From positions 1,240,001 to 1,304,000 of the forward strand of contig JBLDXI010000012.1 of assembly GCA_047495785.1 (NCBI GenBank): a stretch of 64,000 nucleotides of DNA, written 5' to 3'. The notes below the pieces were generated by a model, which did no database searches, was not told where the DNA came from, and saw nothing but the letters and a program-made list of their open reading frames with translations. Position 1 is the stretch's first letter. The number at the start of each line of letters is the position of its first letter. Source of the stretch: Lepidodermella squamata. Its lineage: Eukaryota > Animalia > Gastrotricha. Positions 12,316-22,770 of this stretch are shown here, one piece after another. The position numbers and the translations under genes are program-made.

Positions 12316-13902
12316 ATGTTTAAAAAACAGGATAATTATGGATCCACCCTAATTCCTCCCGACAATGATGCATACAAACACCGATGGACTCCTTTCTTGA
12401 TTTTTTCGAATTTCGCCGCAGTTATCGGCTCGGCTTTCGTCTTCGGTTACAATCTAGTCGTTGTTAACGCACCATTTGAAATTTTTAAAAATTTTATCAA
12501 CTCATCATACGCATCTCAGCATAATTCTACGCGATATCTTGACTCAAATGAGCTGGAAACACTTTGGACAGTTACTGTTATCCTATACCTATGTGGCGGA
12601 ATTGTTGGCGCAGTTCTCGGGGGCCCGCAAGGTGACTATTTCGGGCGGAAGAAGTCGTTGTTGCTCAACAGTTTCCTCGGCATTATTTCCGGCCTAATGA
12701 TGTTTGGCGCGCCGTTTTTGAATAACTACGAGTTGCTAATGGCTGGCAGGGCGGTTGCTGGTATCTATTGCGGTCTTATCTCCGGCGTTGTCCCACTTTT
12801 CCTCACAGAAATTGCCCCGCTTTCGCTGCGAGGGGCGTCGGGCACTCTTTATCAACTCGTCCTCTGCACCGGTGGAGTGACTTCGTCTGTCTTAGGCCTG
12901 CCAGCAGTACTAGCCCGGGCGGATAATAACATAATTTGGCCTTTTCTCTTCTCACCCTGCTGGTTGTTGCCTCTCGTTCAACTGATTTTGATCCCATTCA
13001 CAGTGGAATCGCCGACCTGGCTGATGTTGATGAAAAAGGACGAAAATAGTGCGATTCAGGCATTGAAAAAATTAAGAGGGACGATTCCAGATGAGGTTTT
13101 ATCTACAGAAATCGAGCAGCTTCGACTCGAGGGTGAAGCAAGTGCCAAACTGCCGAAATTATCATTAAGCCAACAAATAAGAGGCGCGATTTCGTGGCCT
13201 CTCGCCATATGTATTATGATGCAACTGGCTCAACAATTCAGCGGAATTAGTGCTGCTATTTTTTATTCGAGTACGCTAATTAGCATTTGTGACCTTGTGA
13301 ACTAGAAAAATAGCCCCATTTTTTTTCTAGGTGATATTTTCAAGCGAACTGGTTTACAAGGGGACGAGCCGCAGTACGCTAGTTTGGGCTTTGTTGGTGT
13401 TGGCGTGGTGATGGGCCTAGTCGCTCCCTTTGTGATAGAAAAATCCGGCCGCAGACTGCTGATGCTGGTTGGCATTGGCGGCATGTGGGTATCTTGCGCC
13501 CTAGTCACAGTTTTCATGGCTCTTTCAGATAAAAGCCCGGTTTACAACTACCTAACTGTTGTCGTCCTTATTTTCTACAACGCGGTTTTCGCAATCGGCC
13601 CCGGTCCTATTCCATGGTTCCTAGCCGCTGAGCTGTCAATTCCTCAATACAGACCCATTTTTATCAGTATTTGCACTGTGGTGAACTGGTCTTCCTCTCT
13701 AGCGATTGGATTTTGTTTCCCACCTATCCAACAAGCGCTTGCTTCTTACTCTTTCATGCCATTTTTCGGCTTATTAACAGTATTTTTAATTTTCACATTT
13801 TTCTTTCTACCGGAAACTAAGGGTAGAACACCCGAGGAATCACTCCATGACCTTGAAACTAGTCGAAATCAAGTTAAATGTTGCAAAAGAAATGATCAGT
13901 AA
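12316..13902 (+). CDS. SLC2A/GLUT copy 4, ~508 aa; exons 12316-13270, 13331-13902
   Basis: Same signatures. A 60-nt intron (13271-13330) sits at the homologous position. Closest to copy 3. Confidence 0.92.
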
Positions 13903-14137
13903 TATTTTTTTAATCGGATATTAATCACAAATTGATATTAGAGTTCCCGGTGATCTGTTTTATTTTTACCGATTGAATTGAATTTTTATGATTTTTCAAT
14001 TCTAATCTTTTAAAAAATTCAGCTTGGTGGCGATGCTTTCCTTTTTTGGTGACAGAATTTATCGTAAAATACGTTCAAGTGTTTAATTAATGAATAATCT
14101 CTATTTAGTCTTTATTTAATTGATTGCCTCACGTGGA

Positions 14138-15400
14138 ATGGCTGCTGCCACCTATTTCCAAACCAAAGACCTCGAAGCGCCGTCATGGAAGATGGACAAC
14201 CCGTCCCTGGGTACTACCATCATGGCGGCTGAGTACAACGGTGGCGTTATTCTGGCTGCTGATTCGCGAACCACCACCGGTTCGTACATTGTCGATCGTG
14301 TTTCGGACAAGCTGACCCCGCTCAGCGACTACATCTACTGCTGCCGGTCGGGTTCGGCGGCTGATACGCAGATGATGGCTGAGATTGCCTACTACCGCCT
14401 GTACGCCAACTCCCTGCAGTTGGGCGAGGAGCCGAAGGTTAAGACCGCGGCTACCAATCTGATGAACTTGTGCTACCAGTATCGCGCTGATATTCAAGCT
14501 GGTCTCATTGTCGCTGGTTGGGACAAGTACGAAGGCGGCCAGGTTGGTTGAATATTTCATCTTATTTTGTAGAGAGGATAATTATTGGATAGGTTTCCAA
14601 GAGATTTCCAGACGAAAGCGGGAATATTTTTGAAGAATTTAATGTTAAGATTTCGCTCTTTATTCCTTGAGGTTCAATTAATTTGTGAAGTAATTTTGTC
14701 TTGTTATTATTTTAATTGCGGAACACAAATTTATGGCTAATTCTCAAATTTTAATTGAAGCGGAAAAGGATTTTCTAAATTTATTCAAATTTTACTGAGA
14801 CAAAAATATTCTAATATTATAATTTGAACTGGGATCATCCCATCCCAAAATATTCTATCCCATTTTTCCAAGGAATTTGCGTTTTAAGAATGAAATTAGT
14901 ATAATGAATCTAAAGTCTTTTGTTAGTTACCGATGTTGAAATACTGATTTTTTGTCTTGAAAACTGTTGAAAAACAAAATCCCGAGAAATCTTTATCATC
15001 AAGAAAACCAGAAAAAATTCGAAAATTCGAAATTTTGAAAATAAAAGAAGTTAGTGATCAAATTACAGAATAAATTATACGAATTTACGAATAATTCAGG
15101 AATGAAATGCGTTTTTCATAGGTTTTCGTGATTCCTCTTGGTGGTTTGCTCAATCGCCAGCCGATCGCCATCGGCGGCTCAGGCTCAACCTACCTGTACG
15201 GCTACGTCGACGCCCACTACAAGCCGGGCATGTCCGAGAAGGACTGCATGGAGTTCTGCAAAGCCTCGGTGTCGCTCGCGATCGCCCGAGACGGCTCGTC
15301 TGGTGGCGTGGTCCGTATGGCCAACATCAGCAAGGACGGCGTCAAGCGGTACCTGTACAAGGGCAACGTGCTCGAAAAGTGCGGCGAAAATTGGTTCTAG
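14138..15400 (+). CDS. PSMB6: Proteasome subunit beta type-6 (beta1), ~227 aa; exons 14138-14542, 15122-15400
   Basis: Propeptide followed by G|TTIMA, ADSRTTTGSYI, CCRSGSAADTQ, IGGSGSTYLYGYVDA and ARDGSSGGV. Phase-0 intron at 14543-15121. Confidence 0.95.
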
Positions 15401-15617
15401 ACCCCTGTAGCTACTAGCTATGCATCATTCCAGCTGAACGAATCGTTCTAAAAAGAAAAGATTCCATGACTTGAATTTCAGTCAATAGAATATGTGAAAA
15501 AAAATTTCGCTTCTTCTCTCTCGCCCTGTGAAAGCTTAGCAACTAAGCATGTTTACAATAACACGTGATTGATTAATTTTTTCTACATTTTAGAGATATT
15601 TTTATTTTTCACGAAAA

Positions 15618-18600
15618 ATGATTCGAGCCGCGAGAAGTGGCTTCAGCGCCCGGTTGCTGATCAAAAGAGCCTTATCATCGCAGTTCGCCGATCGGCATGT
15701 AGGAATTACGCAAAAGGAAGCGACTGAAATGTTGAAATCACTCGGCGTGTCGAGTTTTGACGAGCTGATTTCACGCGCCACTCCGGCCTCAATCCGCCTT
15801 AACCGCGAGTTGAAAATCACGCCCGCCATCAGCGAGACGGAACTGCTGCAAGAGGCTGTTCGAATCAGCTCGAAAAACCAGATTTGGCGGTCTTATCTAG
15901 GCCAGGGCTACTACGGCACGATCACGCCGACTGTAATTCTGAGAAATATGTTCGAAAACGCGGGTTGGGTGACTCAATACACGCCTTACCAGGCCGAAAT
16001 TTCTCAAGGCCGTATGGAAAGTTTGGTCAATTTTCAAACAATTGTCGCGGAATTGACTGGGCTTGAAGTTTCAAATGCGAGTCTATTGGACGAGGCAAGC
16101 GCGGCTGCTGAATCTGTCGGGTTGATGGCTCGTCAAACGAAACGATCGAAAGTTCTGATCGACGAAAAATGCCACCCGCAAATCATCGCTGTCATCAAAA
16201 CGTTTTGCGAGGGTTACAAAGTTGAGGCAGTCATGTGCCGGCCGTTGGATGACCCAAAAATCGGCGAGATTCTAGCGACGCAGAAATTTTGCGGGGTCGT
16301 TGTTTCATACCCTGATACGGATGGTGCAATTCGAGATTTATCGAAACTCGTCGAGTTGGCTCATAAATCGAAAAGCTTAGTGTCATGCGTGACTGATTTG
16401 TTGGCCCTGACTGTCGTAAAACCGCCTGGCGAATTCGGCGTTGACGTCGCCGTGGGTAACGCGCAACGTTTCGGCGTTCCGCTGAATTTCGGCGGGCCTC
16501 ATGCTGGGTTCTTAGCTGTTAAAAAGGACTACGTTAAACAAATGCCGGGCCGTTTGATCGGAATCTCGCGAGATGCAAACGGAAATCCGGCTTTCCGCCT
16601 CGCTCTTCAAACTCGTGAGCAGTTCATTCGAAAAGACAGAGCTACTAGCAATATTTGCACGGCTCAAGCTCTGCTAGCTAACATGGCTGCTATGTACGTG
16701 TTGTACCACGGGCCTGATGGTATTACATCAATAGGCCGTAAATGTAACGAAAATGCGAAATTACTCGCTGCGGCTGCTCAAAAAAGCGGATTTGAGGTTC
16801 AACTGCCGAAAGGAGCTCAATTTTTTGATACAGTTAAACTTCGAGTCGCGTCTAAGGAAAAATTCTCCGCGATTAAGGAACGAGCTGAAAAGCATAGGAT
16901 TAACCTGCGTTATTTCCCTGAAATTAACGAAATCGGAATTTCTGTCGATGAGACGGTTAATGAAGCTGATGTTGCTGATTTATTGTCAGTTCTTGGCTCG
17001 GCGAAACCGGCTGAAATTCCGGCGAATCTCGACGTTTCTCAGTCGCAGTTTCGTAGAACTTCGAAATTTTTGCAACAGCCGCGTTTCAGCCAGCACAAAT
17101 CTGAGTTATCGATTGTTCGATACATGAAACATTTGGAAAATAAGGATTACTCGCTGACTCATGGCATGATCCCGCTCGGTTCTTGCACAATGAAACTTAC
17201 AGCTACAACTGAGCTGATGGTGAGAAAAATTTCGAATCTAAATAATCCAGCTTAATAATTATATTTTTCAGCCTTGCTCTTTCCCTGCCTTCACCAACAT
17301 CCATCCTTTTGTGCCTAGTGACCAAGTTAAAGGCTATCTTGAGCTTTTGAAGCAATTGGAGGCTGATTTATGCGAATTGACCGGATATGATGCGATTTGT
17401 TTCCAGCCTAAAAGGTTTGAATTTTTCATTTTTTCGATTTGTCTTGATTTTTTCTTTTAATTTTAGTGGAGCTGCCGGTGAATATTCAGCTCTGCGAACA
17501 ATCCAAGCCTACCACGCGTCTCGCGGCGATTCCCACCGGAATGTTTGCTTGATTCCTGAGTCGGCTCACGGGACCAATCCTGCGACGGCGGCTCAGGCGG
17601 GTATGACTGTGAATTACGTGAAAACAACGCATAACGGCGCTGTCGACATGGCTGCGCTGAAGGCGGCCTGCGAAAAGGCCAAGGATAAGCTGGCGTGCAT
17701 TATGATCACCTACCCGTCGACGTGCGGTGTTTTCGATGAGGAGATCAAAGAAATTTGCCAGATGATTCACCACTACGGCGGCCAGGTGTTCATGGATGGC
17801 GCTAATTTCAATGCTCAGGTTCACTTTTAAATGGCTTATATTTGCTAAATTTAAATAGGTCCTGCCTTAGAATTGTTTACATGAGAAATTTTTTTGCCCT
17901 GTTGAAAAGTCTGTGATTAGAAATGAGGGAAAAACTAGAAAATCCGCAGGCCGCAAGGACTGTGTCTTATCCCCCTATTAAAGAGAAGTTATAAAAGAAC
18001 ATAGGACGACCAATAGAAAATCAGTGCAAAGCGTGACCAAACATCAGACCGGTTTCGTCCCTTGGCCAGAGGGACTCATCACTCATCAGTGATTTTCTTT
18101 TTAGACCCTTTCATACTGGTAACAAACCGAAACAGTTGAGAAGTCGGAGTTGTGTCAACCGCTCCCCTAGTAATACCAAAATTTCGGACAAAAAACTGTC
18201 CGGAAACTGAGTGAAAACTAAGCGAATACTGGCCGTTTTGGACCGTGCTGTTTTGAACCGTAGGTTGCCCATAAGACGCCAGAATCGCCTGTGCATTAGC
18301 TCCTTGAGCTCTCACTGCGGAACTTCCTTGGGAACTCAAAGCGCTAATCAAATTAGGACAAGCAGTCCGGATAACCAAGACTTGGTTAGGATTTTGTTGA
18401 CGCACAGAAAATAGTTGGTTATTACTCATTTAAAAATCTATAATTAACAAAGCAGTAAAAATTGTCGTCGCAAAAAGTTTAATAAAGGTCAGCCCCAATT
18501 CCCCAAGGAATGGCGTCGCATATATAGTTGTCATTGCAGGGGCGGCGTTGGATAACAACTAGTTTTGATGAGATTTTTTCCAAATCAACCAAACAATAAC

Positions 18601-21600
18601 CGGCATTCTCTCTCAAATTAGAAATAGTGTAGGAGCGGAAGATATTTCTAGCGAAATCATCCGACAGAATGATCCGGATTTTTTGGATTTTTCCTTAGAT
18701 TTCTTAGGTTTTGGCGGGAATGCTAGCGGATGTCGCTTAGTTTCATGCTTCTCAAGTTCATACTTGGACTTAAAACTCATATCGCACACGGGGCACACAA
18801 AACTACCATTATGTTCTTTTCGCTCATGCGCCTGCACGGTCAACCATTCGTCGGAGTAAAAATCGCATGACTGACATGAGAAAAAGTCTGCAGGTATCGA
18901 CCGCCCCTTAGTCGGAACTTTGCTAGAATAAATGTAAGACTGCTCTCAATCTTATAGACATTTGAAAATAGTTTGCTAACTGTTTTTTACTGGGTGGTTG
19001 AGGAGCCTCGGAGCGTGAACTGCTTGAGGTCACATCTTCAGCGTCAGAGTCAGATGATTTGAGCTCATGAGATTTGAACAAAGTAGATAGTAAATGAGAC
19101 GCGCCTTTGAAAAAGCTGCACTTCAAGGCATAAAGCATGCAATATGGGTAGATGAACATATGTACATAGGTACATAGGTACAGAGCAATCATACACACCA
19201 GGCGTGCCATATCATAATAACTAGAAACTAATTTTTTCAAATGAAAACATCAAGCAACCTGCATGTAATCAACCAAGTTAGCAGTGAAAGGTTAAGGCGG
19301 CTGGCAGCGCAGATCTCATGCATCGCGGACTTAGCATTTTTTCAAACAAAGCACATCCCCAAAAGCTGCGAAATTAATTATTTATTAAATTATTTATCAT
19401 AATCTTCTAAATATAATCAAAATAGCTCGTACAACAATTTTACCAAGTCGGCCGAAAAGCAGGCGTGAGAATTTTCGGAAAGCGGAGGTTTGGTTAATTT
19501 TTGTAGTTTTTTCAACCAAACTAACCGGAAACTGTCTGTTTCAGGCGTTCAAACGGACAGGAGATTGCATGTTTCCGAACAGTTGATCTAACAGTGCACA
19601 GTGCGGAAACTGAACGAAAACTGTCCGTTTGAACGCCGGACGGGTTTACTAGGGTCCGTCAGAGATTAAGCCCGCGTTTAAATGCGTCAAGGTTAAGGCG
19701 CAATAAAAATTAATTGTTTCACCTGCTTAAATTTAAAATTCCAATTCAATTAGAAGTTACTATTCATTGTGACGAGATTACTGATTCATTCATTCATTGC
19801 ATGAGTTCCAGATAGGAACATACAGCCCTGACAATCTCTAGTTATAAAGTGTACAGATAGGAGGAAGGAGGAAGTTAATAGTCAGTTCAAAGAATAGGAT
19901 TTTTCAGGAGTAGCTATTTTTGCCCTCCAGTCTTCAGATTATTGATTGCCGAGTTAAAAAACATGTGTAATAAAATTTATTTCCATTTTATTCATGTAAT
20001 AACATGAAAACAATTACAAGCAAAATGAACTGTCCCATCTTCCGATATCGTCGCCGCATTACCTCTCTGACCGTGATTCAAGTCGAGTCTGTAAACAGGT
20101 TAAAAAATAGTTAGCGTTAAACGATTCATTAATCCACCTGGTTTATTTTTTTGAAGAAACTGGTACGTTTAAGGGTTGTAGCTGAGAAGGGTTTTACTTT
20201 CCCTTTCAGGCGTGACCCAGTGTAGCGAGATTTGATATTTTTGCCCACTGACAATGCTGCCTTATTGTGAATACTATAGAGGTCGATCAGGGGTTTCACA
20301 GCCTCACAGTAAATCAGGGTAGTCGTAGAGGCTTGCTCTTCCAGGTCTACAGGTTGGTCTGTTCATAGGGCCAGGGGAGATTTTTGTAGTTCTTCACGAC
20401 ATTCAGATAGAACCTAACGAGTGTTCTCCATTGATATCCTCGTTTCAGTAGGCTATTTGCCAAACTGATCCATGCCGTCAAGAAGTTTGGGGTCGTGTCG
20501 GGAATTCGTGAAGCAGCTCGGCAAGAACAATCGCAAACATATTTCTAGACCTCAACTCACAAACGCGTCCAAAAACAGAAATGAAGGAGGAATCGGTAAA
20601 CTTCAGGTTCGCGTGCTAAGAAACCAAGGTTGGAGGAAGAAAAAGCGCCTATTGCAAATTCGTCTCATGCAGCTAAAGATGAATTTCAAAAGCGGCAAAC
20701 TCGAAAGCGTGGTAGTGACAGTGGATACAATAATGGGAAACTGCGGAAAAAATCGAAAACTGATGAACGTTTGGAAAAAATTCGCTCGCTGGAACGAGCT
20801 AAGTTGAACTGATCAATCCCGAGAGAAAAAACCTACTTTTTTCACAAGCTTGTTAGTCAAATGAAATCCCAGCTCGTGTGTGCTGTTTGCGATAGACTGA
20901 TTTCCAAGTCGCAGCTTACCAAGTACCTATCTAATGATGTGGAAATGGCTGATCGTTTTGCGCTACATGTTTGCACGTTTGCGATCAATGCAAGCTTTCG
21001 CTCGACCAGAACAAAGAATGTTTTTTGAAATTTGAATTTTCAATTTTCAAAACGCAATATCAACCCAGTATACACATCAAATTTTAGCAAATCATGGCAT
21101 ATGAAACAGTTGGGTCATTCAAGTAAAATGTTAACTTTACAAACGGAAAATCAAGCCGAAATAAATTTCAAAATGTAGCAAAATATCATGTCATGTGAAA
21201 ATGTTCTCGCGTGGTATCAATGTTCCGTCGGTAGTCGTCGATCGCAACACGTCAGCCGTAGATCGAAGCAACACAGTCGATGAGTATTGGTAACTAGAAC
21301 CCCAACGAATCTTGCATCCAGCATCTTTTGCGGCATTATCCATTACATTCTTCAACCGCGTGAAATCGGTGTACTTGTCGATCGACGAATTTTCACATTT
21401 CTGCGCATGACGAAACAGACGAATAGATAGTAGATAGATAGAGCCTATGAAGGCCTGCGCTATCCGTTCGGCGCTGCCGGACGAACTAATTCATATTCCG
21501 TAAAGAGGGGTAATTTTAGACTAAAACCTAAAACATGATTTTCAATGGATAAGAATTAACTTTTGCTTGAAAAAGTCGGAAATTGTAGCCAACGGTGAGC

Positions 21601-22770
21601 AATGTGATTCCTGATTTTCTTATGAATATTGTTCATTTTGAGAATTTTGAGAATTTTTCACTGGAGATTCTTAGATCCAAATTTCATTGAAAAATCCAAA
21701 ATAGATAAAGGGGCTAAATCGAAATTCAACCGCCTAGAATTTTTAGTTTTAAAATTAATTTTGAAGTGCACCGACTTTTGTCAAATTTGATGAAAATCAT
21801 TAATTTTTGGTATATTTTAATTTAATTTATTTTTCAATTTTTAAGGTGGGTATTTGTCGCCCTGCCGATTGCGGCTCGGACGCTTCTCATTTGAACCTTC
21901 ACAAAACGTTCTGCATTCCTCACGGTGGTGGCGGTCCTGGGGCTGGGCCAATCGGTGTCCGAAAACACCTGATCCCATTTCTACCCGGCCACCCGTCTCA
22001 CACACCCTACTACCTGACAAGTGGAGCTAACGCCAAGCCATTCGGAACCGTGAGCAGCTCACCCTACGGCTCGCCGGCCATTCTTCCGATTTCGTGGTCT
22101 TTCATCCGCATGATGGGCCCCGACGGTCTGTTACGCGCGGCTCGAACGGCCATTTTGAACGCGAATTACATGGCGAAGCGGCTGGAGGGTGCTTACAAAA
22201 TTATGTACCGCAATAAGGCCGGCTTTTGTGCCCACGAATTTATCGTCGATTTGAAGCCGTTCAAAGCTTTTGATGTCACGCCGGCTGATTTTGGCAAGCG
22301 GCTTCAAGACTACGGCTTCCACGCGCCGACTGTTTCGTTTCCTTACATTCACGGGCTCATGATCGAACCAACCGAGTCGGAGAACAAGGCCGAATTGGAC
22401 AGGTTCTGCGATGCTTTAATGTGTAAGTATTTTCCTGGGGTGAAAATTGGAAAATTATTTATAAAATTTTCCAAAATCAAGGCATTCGTGAAGAAATCTC
22501 AAATATTGAATCTGGCAAATGGGACCGAGTTAACAACCCTATAAAACGATCACCACATACGATTCACGATGTCACCCAGGAGAAATGGGATCGACCCTAT
22601 TCTCGCCAAATTGCTGCCTTCCCTGCGGTAATTTGAGAAGATATTTGAAATTTTTGAAATTAATTTTCAATTTTTATTAGCCGTTTGTTCGTACTGATAA
22701 CAAATTTTGGCCAGCGGTCGCTCGAGTCGACGACACGTGGGGCGATTTGAATTTTGTTGGTCGTTTCTGA
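15618..22770 (+). CDS. GLDC: Glycine dehydrogenase (decarboxylating), glycine cleavage P protein, ~969 aa; exons 15618-17219, 17272-17414, 17467-17818, 21846-22422, 22482-22627, 22681-22770
   Basis: Arg-rich mitochondrial presequence; [48 protein letters not shown] lysine in [34 protein letters not shown]. The exons sum to 2910 nt in frame. Confidence 0.96.
18040..18096 (-). ncRNA. Minimal type I hammerhead ribozyme motif, core disrupted by a 7-nt duplication
   Basis: Minus strand reads AAAATCA-CTGATGA-[GTGATGA]-GTCCCT-ctggcca-AGGGAC-GAAA-CCG-GTC|TGATGTT. Stem I, stem II, both core boxes, a palindromic mini stem III and the GUC cleavage triplet are all present. Confidence 0.8.
18613..19104 (-). 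pseudogene. Spliced gene fragment with two tandem C2H2 zinc fingers inside the CACTA-like element
   Basis: [24 protein letters not shown] and [25 protein letters not shown] 58-nt GT-AG intron (18923-18980) joins the upstream acidic/Ser-rich exon in frame (PPSKK-H-KVP). The 5' end was not found, and functional status is unknown. Confidence 0.6.
19544..19637. repeat. Perfect 17-bp inverted repeat (GGCGTTCAAACGGACAG) with a 60-nt spacer containing a second 7-bp IR
   Basis: Arms at 19544-19560 and 19621-19637; inner IR GTTTCCG/CGGAAAC. Confidence 0.9.

Larger units (their letters stand above)
18165..19654. mobile_element. Non-autonomous CMC-EnSpm/CACTA-like DNA transposon nested in the Helentron-like element
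   Basis: 9-bp TIRs CCCTAGTAA (18165-18173) and TTACTAGGG (19646-19654). A 2-bp TSD (TC) is present on both sides. Shared subterminal repeats (AAACTGTCCG, CGGAAACTGA) occur at both ends. Confidence 0.65.
17931..21490 (+). mobile_element. Decayed Helentron/HINE-like rolling-circle element in GLDC intron 3
   Basis: The left end has AACTAG followed by the palindrome CGCAGGCC-gcaa-GGACTGTG (17945-17964). The right end has a (TAGA)n microsatellite, then GGCCTGCG (21452-21459; inverse of the left arm), a stem-loop at 21465-21483 and AACTAAT. Frameshifted VCAVCDRL...[10 protein letters not shown] remnants at ~20861-21020 resemble the CxxC pairs N-terminal of Helentron Rep. Confidence 0.6.

Noticed and set aside
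17410-17412. AAA at the conserved Asn of GLDC QPNSG, suggesting AAA=Asn recoding
   Set aside because: AAA encodes conserved Lys elsewhere in the same gene (CTMK, HKTF), so this is a substitution or error, not a variant genetic code.
18079-18429. 116-aa minus-strand ORF in the GLDC intron
   Set aside because: It crosses the transposon TIR at 18165, translates subterminal repeats and ends inside the hammerhead. Most likely incidental.
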